A stretch of DNA of 64,000 nt from Ruditapes philippinarum (Eukaryota), in contig NW_026859562.1 in the NCBI RefSeq assembly GCF_026571515.1, positions 124,001-188,000 of the forward strand, given 5' to 3'. Below are positions 24,674-38,700 of this stretch, piece by piece. Under the pieces are notes generated by a model. The model was not told where the DNA came from and did not search any database. It worked only from the letters and a program-made list of their open reading frames with translations. Positions within the stretch are counted from its first letter, which is position 1. Each line of letters starts with the position of its first letter. A program made the translations under genes and the position numbers.

Positions 24674-27600
24674 GAAAATTTGTTAAGAAGACATTAAAAA
24701 GATCAAAGAAAATTATTTGGACTAAAATCTTGGCAAAATGCATTTCTCTTGAGAGCTGGGGGGGGGGGGGGCTGTTTGAATAGGGGTAAAAGTTATGTTT
24801 TTTTATTGATATGTGATTTTAGTTACTAGTATGCTGCAAGTATTATTGGTATACTATTTCTACATATATTGTATAATCTCCAATGTTGGATCTCCACTAT
24901 TATATATTCAGAATTTGTGTTACATTGATAATTGTAAGATAATTGTCCCATGATATTGAGATAATTGCATGATAATTGTCCCATGATATTGGTATATTAT
25001 TATCTCTATTTTGTAATTATAAGAATGTTTTTAAACTTTTTTTAACAGTTGTATAACCTGTTATTGTCATTGACTTTTTGTGATGTAGGAAAATTCCAAC
25101 TTATCTGCATACATCAAAACATAAATGTCTTTGTATGTGACCATGTTAACAAAAACAACATTTTACTTTAAACAAGCTTTAATGTACTATACACAGTAAT
25201 TTTGTACTATACTAATTGGTTTGGCTTTAGTAAACAGTTTAAAGGTGTACTTAATTAACCTGTTTTGTGACAGATTCTTAAAATGACAATTAATTTCAGG
25301 AGTCAGGTTTTTCATAGGGTAGTTTTTTTTATCATTTTAAAGATTTGAATCCATTGTTATAAGATGGTCAAATGTAAGTGGTTCTAACGTTATCTGTATA
25401 TATTTAAATTGGACATTTGATGGTTCTGTTTAATACTTGGTATGGGTATTAAAAAAAGTGTTGGAGCACCACACTAAATATGGTATATACCGGACAAGGT
25501 GCTTGAATGATAAAATGCTAAAATCTCGCCTTTTTACCTGCAGAAATGCACTCTAAGATGTCTAATTCCTCTGTCCACACCGATTTATATACAATAATGA
25601 ATGAAAAATGTAAGAATTGGCAAAAAAGGGATATTTTTCTACTGATCATGATCTCTTCAAATGTGTAGAAGTACTGCTCCGACACTGTAGTGAATTAAAT
25701 CCATTAATAAAGATTGGTTTGGACAGGTTAATACTGTAAAGTCTTACCTGAATAAAATATTCCACTGTAGAATTTTTTTAAATTTGTATATCTAAAAAAA
25801 ACTAAGAATAGTTATATAAACAGACAGAAGAAGTTATTGATGTAGAAGTAGAGTTATATAATGGCCTTAAATGAAAACAGTTTATCACTTTTAAGTAGTT
25901 AAAGGTTATTGTTAGTTTCTAGTCAAGTATTGGAACTTATGGGCAACAAGGTGCAAAATTGTCACTGTCCAAGTAAATACCATTTATAACATAGGTAATT
26001 TTATGGCATAACTTTTATGTAATTAAATGTTAGATAGTATGTGTTCAACTAGGGCATATCAAAGTATTTGTTTATTGTATAACTTAAATATACAGTGACT
26101 TTTTCATGTTTGTATGTAGTTATGAGACCACACGGCTGTTAGAATAACATGCACATGAACTTATCACATAAGTTTTTTCTAAGATTTGTCATGGTTACAC
26201 TCATACTTTATCTAACACTTGCATATCTGATGGTTATCTAAGTAATATGTGGCTATATTAACTTAATATAATTTAAGTATTAACATTATGTATTATTATG
26301 GGTAACACTTTTATGATAATAGATACACAAGATCAGTTTCAATATCTTATTAAATGTTGTGTTGGAATTGAAGATTTAAAGTAATTGCTTGTGAATTTTA
26401 AATTGAGGATATAGTCAAATATAAAACAGTTATACATCATTTATATACAAAATGTATATTTACTCGGTTGTCTTTAAAAATTTATAAGCAGTATTTCTCA
26501 ATATGTAGTATATAATGAACACATTGTAATTTGTACTAAATAAAACAAAATGCCTAAACAATGTTATAATTGTGGTCTATGTTACTATTGTCCCTTAAAT
26601 GTATTAAATCTAACTGTAAATCCATTTTACAAAGGGAGACAAATTAAGAATCATGTTACAAAGGGAGACAAATAAGATTATATAAACAAGAATTTAAGCT
26701 GTGTTCACAAACCAAGGTCTTCCATGTTTATGTCTAAATTGAAAGAGCTTGAAGGTGCTTAATAATTTTACGTTCTTTCAAATTTTGAATTTGATGTAAG
26801 ATGTATTAGATAAGAACTGACTATATGTATTTATTTATACAAAAATGAATTCCAATAGTTTACAGTTTGCAAAAACTATAAACAAATAATGATATATGTT
26901 ATGTCAATAGACTCTGTCATCATAGGATTTAGTCCCTGATAGAGTAATGTTGCCTTTCTCTTGCATTTTATTTAAAAACATCATATTTGTGTGTGTTTTA
27001 GTCAGTGTTTATTAAATAGTCTATTGATTGTAAACAGAATTTGATAAAGCATATGTAAAATAGTACCAATGAAAAGGACATGTTGTAAAGATGATATGTT
27101 TGAAGCTATTTTTCCAAACAGTATTTGATTTTAATGATATGACCTGTTGTTTTCTTTTTTGATTGAAAATAAAAATGGTGAGATGTAAATGAGTTTGTTT
27201 TGTAATTATTCATGGAGCTACGAGATATTTATCTTTTTTTTTCTTGTACATGTATACTGTATAAAGTTTACGGCAATCAGCCATAGCAGAAATGAACTTT
27301 TGCTGATGTGATTAAGTATTGAACCAAATATATGCACCTGCAGAAGTCAGATTAGAATGACAGCAAAATTGCTTTTAGCTCTAATAAACTTCTATTGGAA
27401 ACACATTTAAATCTCTTGTAAAACTACATGGTATAGATTTGTATTTTCAAGTAACACTAGTAAAGTCATAGTTTATACAAATATATTTTAGTTTGTGTTG
27501 GAAGCTGTAAGGCTATTGAAACACTCGAATCCGTTCCTGGAACCAACCAATACCTAACAATGAATGTAAAGTTTTGCTGTAAGTCATAGTTCCTGGTAAA

Positions 27601-27999
27601 TGAAAAAAACAGGTGCCCCTCGGTGCATTATTTCAAAGACCCCTGAGCAGAACCACTGACTGAAATGCAGCATTGTAGAATCTGGATATGGACACAACAG
27701 TGAAGATCCAGTAGTTTGAAGCCAGACACCCTGGACACAGAGTAATGACCAAGAGTTTACATGCTTCATATAATATTATAGCATTGGCTAGTGTATCAAA
27801 CACATCTTACTCGGAAACAATTATGCCCAGAATTGATTGTTGGCATGCAGCATAAAATTGAGCCATCAAGTTTCTAGGGTCACAATTGGCCCTGCCTTTA
27901 GGCTGCATTGTACATAGATGTAATTAACAGGGATATACATTTAGATAATCTTGACCCAGAGGTTGGTATGTAGCTTTGTCATGTACTTCTGTACAATGC

Positions 28000-28661
28000 A
28001 ATAACATAATCTCGCTTTTCCAATGTAGCAATCAGCATCAAACCTTAGACACCTGTTTTTGAAAAACATTTCTCTTACCCCTTTGTGTAATTGTGGGCAA
28101 ATTGAAACAACCCACGCTTCTTTTTCGAGTGCTGTGCATACGATGCCGTCCGCAGAACACTCCTTCTTAACTTGCAAGACTTCAGCATAAACCTTCATAA
28201 ACTTCTCTATGGTGACCCATCTCTTACATACCAGGACAACGTTATTATATTTACAAATGTACAAAATTATATAGAAAAAAACGAAAAGATTCACTTAGAT
28301 CCATTCTAATTGAGACTATCATGCATCCTCTTTCTTCTCTTTCCCACTATTTTGTTTTCTTCTTTTATATATATTCTTAAGTTTTAGACATCTACTTGTA
28401 GTTAATCTATTCTATAAAAAGTTTATATATAAATACATATTTTTATGTGTGTATAATTGATACTTATTCCCTTGTCTAGTATATACTAATTATAATCTTA
28501 TTTAAGACAAACCATATAGTTCACCAAAGGAGAAGAATTCTATAAGACTTGTCTTTCATTCTCATCCTTTTCCATTGTGTAAAAAATGTTTTGTTTGTTA
28601 TATATTTGTATTTACATTATATATACTTTCGGGAATAAATATGTTTAAACTAAACTAAACC
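28000..28661 (+). mobile_element. Degenerate 3' end of a CR1-group LINE (ORF2 C-terminus, 3' UTR and microsatellite tail)
   Basis: Joining frames gives PLCNCGQIETTH.FFFEC.AYDAVR..LLYGDPSLTYQDNVIIFTNVQNYIEKTKRFT* (stop 28298), the typical ORF2 C-terminus. Ends in AATAAATATGTTTAAACTAAACTAAAC. Confidence 0.8.
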
Positions 28662-29779
28662 TTAGACAATCAGAGTTACCTCCCTGGTTCACAACTTTAT
28701 GGCTACATCCAGTACTTTGACAACAATATCACTGAAGAATCTGTTTTCTTTCTCAGTTTTATTAATGTAGGAGTATAAGGTCATGATAACATTGCACTTT
28801 TGTTCGCCAGTTATAACAAGTACAAAGATTGTGAGATAGGACGCGTGGAAAGGACGGAAGTTATTCACTTTAACCCATCACATACATGTATATATACTTC
28901 GCATAAAATTACTATTGTAATATTTACTCCGTGTTTTCTTATTTAGATTTGATCCATAATCTTTACTTTCGTTGTGATTAATCATGAAATCCTTTCTACG
29001 GTCATTCGCCCTGTACATTATTGTAGCTCTTGCATGTACAGAAGTTATTATTTGTTTGTGTCGTCAGACCAAACAAATAATGGTCGCGAAATTTCAGACT
29101 CTGATGTTCTTATTTGCAAATACCGAAAGTAGTCCAAACTCTTCGAAGCGGTAACTTCCCTTCATATGTACATTAACGCCGAAAAATTAAGGGGAGATCA
29201 CTGCGTAAAGATTGTCAAATGACAGGCGCATTAATTTTCGTAACGAAAAAATAGTTCCCGATTTTCTAATATTGTGTTATTCTTATAGATATACATGCTT
29301 ATATTCAGCCCCATGATTACTTACTTCAGTGTTAAACAAAAGATTTACCGTGAACAAAATATATCGAAATTAATAAGTGTTATAAACTTTAATTGAGAAT
29401 AATATGGTATTCTTAAGGCTGTTAACTTCTAACTCCCCGTGGAGTTCAAATCCCAGTTCAGGCAACATATCTTTTTAAGCCAAATAAACATTGAATTGAA
29501 TATCAGTGCAGTGTTGCTAGAATTCATCATTTAACAAGAACTGGTACAATTTTGAATTTTTAAACATCCGCAACCACCAATATGAATGTCAAATACTGTG
29601 TAAATTAACACAACCATTTAAATTGATTATTCCGCGATGTATAAAGCACTTAAAATTACGGACGCGGACAGTCTAATTAGAATTAAACACCGATTAAAGT
29701 GATAATAACTAATTAAATTGATAACTTTAAAGGCTATCTGAAACATAATAATTTTACTGGCATATACTTAAGACGCAAT

Positions 29780-32700
29780 ATGCAGTGCCTAACATTTACT
29801 TTTCTTATAATACCCTGTCTATCCGGAATTTTTGGACAACAAGCTTACGGTAAGGGGGGCTCTATCGTTATAATTTTGATTGTTTGTGTTTTCGTTAATA
29901 CTTTCCGTAAGTTATTTTATGTATTTCATCAATTGACAATTTTTATAGGGTTTTGAACATATCAGATTGGTCATTAAATGGTTTTCATAAGGTAATAAAA
30001 GCAACATTAGTTTTATATGTTTAAGATAAGATAAATTTACATAAAAGAGCTTAATTCAAGCGCATTCGAATTTAATTAATAAGACGCTTATTAAGTTATT
30101 AATTAAGGTTAAATGCTTGATTATAATACTGGTAATGAAAGTTGTATTTAGCAATATTATTCAATTTGTGAGGTAACAGATGTCTATAATACACACATGA
30201 CATGGTCAGAGGCTGTGGACACATGCAAACAAAATGACGGCTTTATTGCTAATACACATCCTGAAGTATCACTGAAATTACGAAATCTCTTAATAAAATC
30301 AACTAAACAACCGTATTGGATAGGTAAATCGCTCTCACCATGGGTAATGCTTCGAGGTAAGCGTAATAATTCAATACAAACATTTGATTTATCAAATTGA
30401 TCTATTTTTTAAATCGATAAATTTAACCATTTACAATCATTGAAAACAAGAAAATCTGCATTTTTCTGTACAGTATGAGATACGTCAACCCTACTTCAGA
30501 TTTGCATCCCCAATTTACACCACAACTTATCACAGAGGTTAGTTCAATTATAAAGTTATTACACATTTAATTTCGAAATTGAATGTTAGCTGATTTTTTT
30601 AACGGAAATAACAATTTAGGCTGTTGTGTATATAGGATGCGTTGAAAGGAAGGGATCAACTGATGTAACTGCAGTGTATACAAATTCAAAGTACAATCAG
30701 AAGTCAGAATGTGCCGCTGCATGTATAGGTTCAACCTCGTTTCTACTACAGGTTAGTTATACAATCTTTATAGATTTAAATACATGTTATCATATGAGAT
30801 ACGTCACGACAAAACCAACATAGTGGGTTTGCGACCAGCATGGATCCAGACCAGCCTGCGCCTCCGCGCAGTCTGATCAGGATCCATGCTGTTCGCTATG
30901 GGTTTCTCTACTTGTAATAGTGTTTGTAAGCGAACAGAATGGATCCTGATCAGACTGCGCGAATGCGCAGGCTGGTCTGGATCCATGCTGGTCGCAAACG
31001 CATTACGTTGGTTTTTCGTGACGCGGCTCATATATGATTTTTACCGAGTAAGATATATTTATTAAAAGGAATAATCTGCACAAATATGATTACTTGCGTT
31101 AGTATCAACCCCCATGGTCTTCAGGATTCCAATACTGGTTGGTCCTAGGAAGCGGACTCGAAAGTGGTTAATATAAGCTGCAAGAACTTGTTTCGCAATC
31201 GAGCTTAAATAACTATGATTAAGCCAGGATTCCAATATTTAGCTATAATATATATAGATAGCACTAAATAAATGCCTCATGCATCACAATTTCTCAAAAG
31301 ATATCCTTTCTTCACGTTCAACGTACAACACATTTTTATTAAAAACATGGTATATTCATATAACCGATAGACTAAATTCATTGTTGTTTTTTATACGAAT
31401 TTCATTTATCTGTAAAGAGAAAGTCTTGTTATTGCTTAAACAAAGAAGAAAACATAACTGTTACAATTGTACCATACAAAGCGTGCACTGATATCTGTCC
31501 CGGAATGTCACGTGACAAATGTGGCGGAAAAGACGTTTTCACATTTTACGAATATTGTAAGTATAGCATCATATTGTCTTCAACAAATAAAGATACATAA
31601 CATTATGTTCGATACGAACTTGCATTTTTTTCTACCAGGTTTTGTGTTGTTTTGATTCCATCCATTCCTCCGTTTTAAATGTATTCGATTTAGAAAGAAA
31701 GCTTTATTCATACATAAAAATATTTAAAAGGAAAATTAAGAAGGAATATAACTGACTTAAACGAATGAAGAAAAAGAATAAAACCAGTATTGCACAAAAG
31801 GAACTTTACTGAAGAAAAGGAAACGTCGCAATTTACAATACCTCATTGAGTGGTCGATGTATCATAATGTTCTTCAAAAATTTAATTCTGAATATCTTTT
31901 TTTAAGAGAAATTACGTATACATAAATTATAAGCACAGCCCTCTTCTTAAGTTCTAATATGTAAAAAAGAAATCTATTTGAAGCCGGATTTGTTTTACAT
32001 AGATCATTCGTGGGGAAATTAGTTTTATATAGATGATGGGGAGATAATTGTGTAGATCATGGGGAGATAATTGGATTTGTTTTATATAGATCATGGGGAG
32101 ATAACCGAAAGCAATGACATGTACAATTATATTTGCAAGAAGGATGCGTCATACATTCAGTGCAGCGATGATTATAGAGGATTTACTTGTGAACTGACTA
32201 ATGGTATGTGTCAAATACGAACAATGTGCAATGGATATACTGAAAAAGTCATTTTCTTAATCATGGCCATTTTGTTAATAATATACACACATATTCTTAT
32301 TCTCGACCACGATATTTCATATGCATGTAATCCGTATTTAAAAATTGAGCTTCTTTTAATACTCATATTCTATTACTTTTAAATATCTTAACATAGTAAA
32401 TATCATTTTATCATCCAAATATATATGGAATCAGCCGAGAAGGTCTAAATGCCAAAAAAAAAAAAAAATAAATAAATAAATAAAAAAAAAAATAATAATA
32501 ATAAAAAAAAAAAAAATTAAAGAAATGGAGTATTGTAGTTATTGTCCAGAACAACTTTCTTTTTTCTTCTTTCTATCATAGATATTAACATCTCATTCAC
32601 CTTTTTCAGGGTCAAAAGTGTCATATAAGGAGGATGTACCTAGAAGAGACCTTTCTTTAACCTATATAGAAAGTGTAGAATATTGTAGCAACCTTCAAGG

Positions 32701-35700
32701 AGGACTTAGAATGTCACCGATTCCCGAGTTTAACGTGCCTTATTTAGGAAATCCGTACTGGACAACAATAACAAGGGCTATAGATTGGAACTACGATACG
32801 GGTATATAGTATTAGTTGTACAGATTTTGACAGGTTATATGGTCCTATATAAAAAGTTGTTTGGAAATATACCCGAACCCCTAGGTGCGTGGTTATATTG
32901 CTCATAACCGTTTATATTCGGTCATACAACCCGTCGGGAATATTTATAATATTAGTTATAAAGATTGTTGACAGGTTATATGGCACTATAAAAACGGCTA
33001 TTTGTAAATATATCCCGAGCCGCTAGGCGAGGGTTATATTGCAAACAGCCGTTTATATACGGCCATATAACTTGTCAACAATCTTTATAACGAATTTATA
33101 ATACAGCAAACATCATTTTTTAGAGAAAAAAGTAAGATTTCTTCATGAATCGATAACAGCCGTGTATAAATATGTTATTTTGGTTTTGGAGTGATATATG
33201 TGGATATATTACCTGTTAAGATTTTATATCACCCGAGCCGTTAGGCGAGGGTGATATTTTATCTTGGCAGGTAATATATCCACATATATCACTCCAAAAC
33301 CAAAATAATAATTTTATTACCCTTCCCCTGCCGAGTTTAGACGATTTTTTAAATAATCATTGCTGTTTCAAATGAAACGTCGAAATAAGATTCCCTTTAG
33401 GATACCTCTTCGTCACAACATGACGTCACATAAATACATGACGTATTTTTCCCGTACCTTACAAAAGTAAACAAGAGAAAAGGAGTAGCTATTGAACGCA
33501 CTTTTTTTGTAATTAATATCAAGCTTTCACAAGGTCATATTTGTTTTCGATACTGATGGTTATATGTATCATAACTCTACTTTGGTAAATATTTATCATT
33601 TGACAGTTAAAAAGTGCTTTTAAATCGGAATTTACACCGCGTAAAATCGAACCGTACGCGCATCATCTCCGCGCATGTTGTTTACAACGTTGGGTACCAA
33701 ACGGGGAAATTTAGTGTGTATATTACCCGTCTGGCTCGGTTATATCAATTTCTTTCGGGTGATCAATATCCAATCAAAAAGGCGGAAAAAATCTGGAAGG
33801 GTAATAAAAAACTATATAAACGTCACGATTATCCAATGAAAAGCGACGTTACAAACGTGCAGTATTATAAAAAAATATATAAACGTCACGACTATCCAAT
33901 GAAAAGCAACGTTACAAACGTGCAGTATTATATAGAATTTATAAATCAAGCAAATGTTTTCTTTTTTTTTTTTGAATAAAAAAGCGAGATTTTTTACAGT
34001 TTTTTAAGTTGAGAGTATTAATATAAAACTTTATAAGCGTCACGATTATCCAATGAAAATCGATGTTACAAACATGCAGTGCATTTATTATAAATCTATT
34101 TATGTAAGTGCGATATCATTTAATATTCTTTTTAAATTTAGCTGATATACTAGTAGTACTACACAACTCACGTACGCATTTGTACTTTTCGAAATGAGGC
34201 AAAAAATTAATGTTTCAAAGGGATTACATACATGTACATTTCTGATAGATTAACAGAAATTTTTTATCTTCTATGTCTTTAAAAAGTCGTGTGTGGTTTT
34301 CAGATTCGCAATACGAAATGATCTTAAAAGATCTCTCGAAAGAGTATACGAATAAAATGTACCGGAGAATAAACTTTATTTGAAACTGATCTTACATATA
34401 TCGACTATTGTTCATGCTGCACTAATAGCAATATTGTTATAGAAACCATATAACTTAGTCTTTTCTTGTCTAAATTATGTGCTTAATAATTTCATAGTAT
34501 CGCAAAGGAGTCCTGAATTTAGCTGTATATCCATGATGAATAAATTTAACCAGTATGAGGAGGAGTTTAGAACAGCCTCTGACAAATATGGATTCGTGTG
34601 TCAATATGGTATTATATTTATACTTTTTATAATTATACTTTGATACATAGCACATAGAAAGTAATGAACAAAAATTAAAACATTTACCAAAATAACTAAT
34701 TAAGGTTCTAATAGCAGGTATTAAACATTAAACGGAGATGCCTAGCAGGTGCTTGTAACAAGTACTTTCAAAGCCTGTTGCTCTAGCAACAAAAAAACGT
34801 ACAGAAAACTGAATGTGTCGTCTATATACTATGGTGGCTGATTTGTGCCATTCGTGTTTTCGCCCCGCGACCCAGCATAGCTTACAAGTTAAAATGGCGG
34901 GGGCTTGGGGCGAAAACACTAATCAGCCACCATAATATTTATATGCTATTTTGAATGTAGAAAAAATATAGACCTATATACTAATTAAACGATTTGGTCA
35001 ACCATACGGTCTTAAGAATGTAATCAAATGGTTCACTTTTAAGAGCAATTGACAAAAAATATAATTTTTTTATCTGTAGCATTTATATTACTCTAGGATG
35101 ATGCATTAGTCACCTTATAACATATTTATATAACTCAATCTAAAAATTGTTAAGATATCTATGTTGATTACAAGGGTTACTGATGACTTATCAAAAAAAA
35201 AAAAATGACAAAAATAAATTTTTTATCTGAGCATTCACTATTTACTCTAGGATGTGCATTATGTCACCTTAACATATTTAATATAACAAATCTAAAATTG
35301 TTGTAGATGATGTAACGCTAGAGACATATACAGATATAGATGGCAACATAACATCTCCTGAATACAAGAACAACCAGCTGTATAAATACAACATAACATT
35401 AAATAACAGCACAGGAGTTAAACTCGTATTTGAGGACATCAATTTAGAGGAAAGTACAGGATGCGTTTATGACTATATCGAGGTCTGTATTTAGATAGTA
35501 CTTTTGTTAAAATGTAGTTATAACTATATAATTATGCGCATTTTTAACAAATATTTGACTATTTTACTGAGGATACGTAATCCTAGACTTATATTTCAAT
35601 TATACGATGGTTGTCCGGAAAGTGCATATTCTACTTGTTTGTGCTCCCACTATAGTAGGAGGATTTAAATTTGCCATTGTCCGTCCGTCCGTTCGTTCGT

Positions 35701-38700
35701 TCGTGCGTTGCAATTTTCAACTTGTGTCGTACGTAGCTCAAAGAGTATTGACCTAGAGTCATGAAACTTTACAGAAATATTGAACAGCATGACTGTGTAG
35801 TTATGCACTTGAAGGTTTGTTTGAGATTTGTATCATTATTGCCCTTGACTGTTGCAAGTTGCAATTGTCATCTTGTTTGTGCGTATTTCAAAAAGTATTT
35901 GATCTGAAGCTGAAATATTGGTATACATATCTATAACTTTTTGCATCTTAGAGTTGCTTGTGGATTTATTCAGTATTTGTGTTTTTGCCCTTGACTTAAA
36001 GTAATTGCCCCTTTCAACTTTTGTCAGGCGTACGTAGCTCAAAGATATATGACCTAGAGTCAATAGATTGACAAAACAGTTGAGTGTTGGGGCATCCGTG
36101 TCCTATGGTTACCCTAAAGCAATTCACACGTTTTATGAATTTTGCCAGCAAATATATGCATATCTAACAAACACATTTACTTAAACTTACTGAGCTCTGA
36201 TCAAATATCGCATTAAAACGCTCTTTACCTAAAACATATATACATTGTCACGTCCTCAAATGAACGTCACGTTCTCACTCCTCAAAATTGCGTCCATGCG
36301 ATGTATAGACATATGTAGTAAATAGACAATTTAGCAAAATATTAAAACATCAAATAAATATTACGCTTAAAATTATGTTTACAGCCTTGTCTACGAACTT
36401 TCTCGACAGCCCTCGTATTTTTATTTTATTCTTGTCAGTTGCACAGTTGCATACATTTGTTTGTTATTACTACACTGTGGCATATTTTTTTTATTGTTAT
36501 GTCTGCACAGTGACATACATTTGTTTACTTCCTATGACTACACAGGTGGCATACCTTTGTTTGATTGTTATGGCTACACAGTGACATACATTTGTTTGAT
36601 TATTATAACTAAACAGTGTCATACATTTGCTTGATTGTTATGACTACACAATGGCATACGTTTGTTTGATTGTTATGACTACACAGTGGCATAAATGTAC
36701 TTACCTGTTATGAGTATTAAGACCCTTGTAACTAAAAAGTAAACAATAAGATCGGGTATAGGCTAACAGATCATCATTTTTCATTCGTTTTCTTTTTGTC
36801 AAAAGGTATTAGCTAACAACGGAAGTTTGGAAAAGTTTTGTGGAAAATATGAACAAAAGAAAATACTTGTCAGGGGCAAAACAGTGCTCATTGTATTCCG
36901 AAGTGATAGCAGCATTTCCGGAACTGGTTTTAGAATGTTTTGGTCTGAAGGTTAGAAATCATTTTAATCTGCAATGCGCTTAAATAGTTTAACTGCATGA
37001 TCATATAAATGTAAGCGTATTGAAATAAAAACTTGCATAAATTTCCAACTGTGTTACAACAATTATATACTAGTAATTATACGGACATTTACAACCTGAA
37101 GGCTGGTAATAATTTAGGTTTTGTCATTATACTTAATTTTACTACTAGATCTATATTTTGTTATCTTGATCGCAGCAAATGATGTCATACTTGTAAACGG
37201 TGCGCAAAGAAGCTCAAATGAAAGATCATTGAGTGGTAAGTAACAATGCATGTATTTCTATTCTAAATCCATTTTTTCTAATTCTCAAATATATATACCA
37301 TTTACCATTTCCTTCTGTAACCGAAAGTGACCAGCCTTTGCCACCAGTAAAGCCTGGCCAGCCTTTACATCCGTGGAGTTTGACCTGTTGGCATCTTTAA
37401 AATCCTTTAAATTATCAATGGATTGTTCCAAATTTCAAAGCTGGACAAATCCATTATGCAAATACATCTGGTTAATGTAGTCAGTGTTCTCTCTTCCGTA
37501 AATCAATAAGTTATTTTATTTTTTATACCGGTTATTGTAAAATAACATCACAAATTGATATAATGCTATTAAGCAGTTGAAAATAAATCTAAATCCTGAA
37601 CTAAATATGTGTATGTCGTCCATGTATGACTTGTATCGACTTTACAAAAAATAAAAATAAAAAATAAATAAATAAAAAATATCAAATTATCTCCTTTATT
37701 CACTGTTGTCATTTAATATGCTTTAGTTTATTATTGTTACAAAATCTTTTGTTAATTGTGTTTGCTAAAATTGTGTTTGCTAATCATAATCAAGCTTAAT
37801 ATATGTTATGTCTTTAGTTATGTGTATCTTGTACAGTATAATTATTATGTGATTATATGCTTGTAAAGGCCCATAATTGGATGGAAATAAAATTTATTCT
37901 ATTCTATTCAATATCCTACTGTACAAAAGAGACACCTCTTTAATTACTCAAAGTCGAAGTATGGCGAAAAGCCTTAATATTTTGGTGAAAAACAAAATGT
38001 ATAAATGTACTTAACATCTTTATAAAAACAATCTATAGTTACATTAACTTTCATATAAAACGCTTTATATTTTCTTACTACATTCAAGGTGGTACTATCG
38101 TTGGTATAACAGTCGCTGCAGCAGTGGTATGTGTTATTGTAGCCAGTTTTATTGCGTGTCTAATCTACAGAAAAACGTAAGTACATGTAGAAAACCATTT
38201 TAGATATATGAAAATCATACGTTGTATTTTTATGATTACTATATACATGCATGATAAGTACGTTTTTTCCTATTTTACTTCGTGCTAAAGTAAATGATAT
38301 CTTATCTTAAAAATATAATGTTGTTTGCTAAAAATATACATAAAATGGTATATATACTTTGCCAGGCATCAAAAACAAACTAATACGAACACGGAAGACT
38401 CATCAAACGTGCATAATTTAGCTTATGCTATGTCATCGTTCAATACCGGAAGCAGTATGAAAAGCGACAATTACAATACCTATCTGACTGTAACACCGAC
38501 AAACGACAAGAAAATGCTGCAAGCAGTAAGTTTGTTCTTAAACATAAAACTTTGGATATGCTTTATAACTATTTGTTGACGTGTTATAGTTTCATATATT
38601 GAAAATACACGTACATATTTAGTACATAAAATTGAGCACTTGTGCTCCATAATGCAATAAGCTTCGTCTCGAGCAACCACACCATGTACACATATATAGT

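Noticed and set aside
22315-27200. Selenoprotein MsrB1 or a SECIS element in the 3' region
   Set aside because: The catalytic codon is TGC and the only in-frame TGA follows the complete domain; no SECIS could be supported by eye.
27941-28294. 117-aa minus-strand ORF
   Set aside because: Antisense shadow of the degenerate plus-strand LINE ORF2 end.
34142-34460. Possible extra receptor exons (34142-34170; from 34304)
   Set aside because: Acceptor-like AGs exist, but donors are weak or the frame closes. The gene model is phase-consistent without them; needs RNA-seq.
35045-35306. ~160-bp-offset imperfect duplication just before the CUB exon
   Set aside because: The copies differ mostly by scattered 1-bp indels and flank an A-run, which is typical of an uncorrected long-read or assembly error. 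The spectrum differs from the substitution-only pattern at 13.6 kb.
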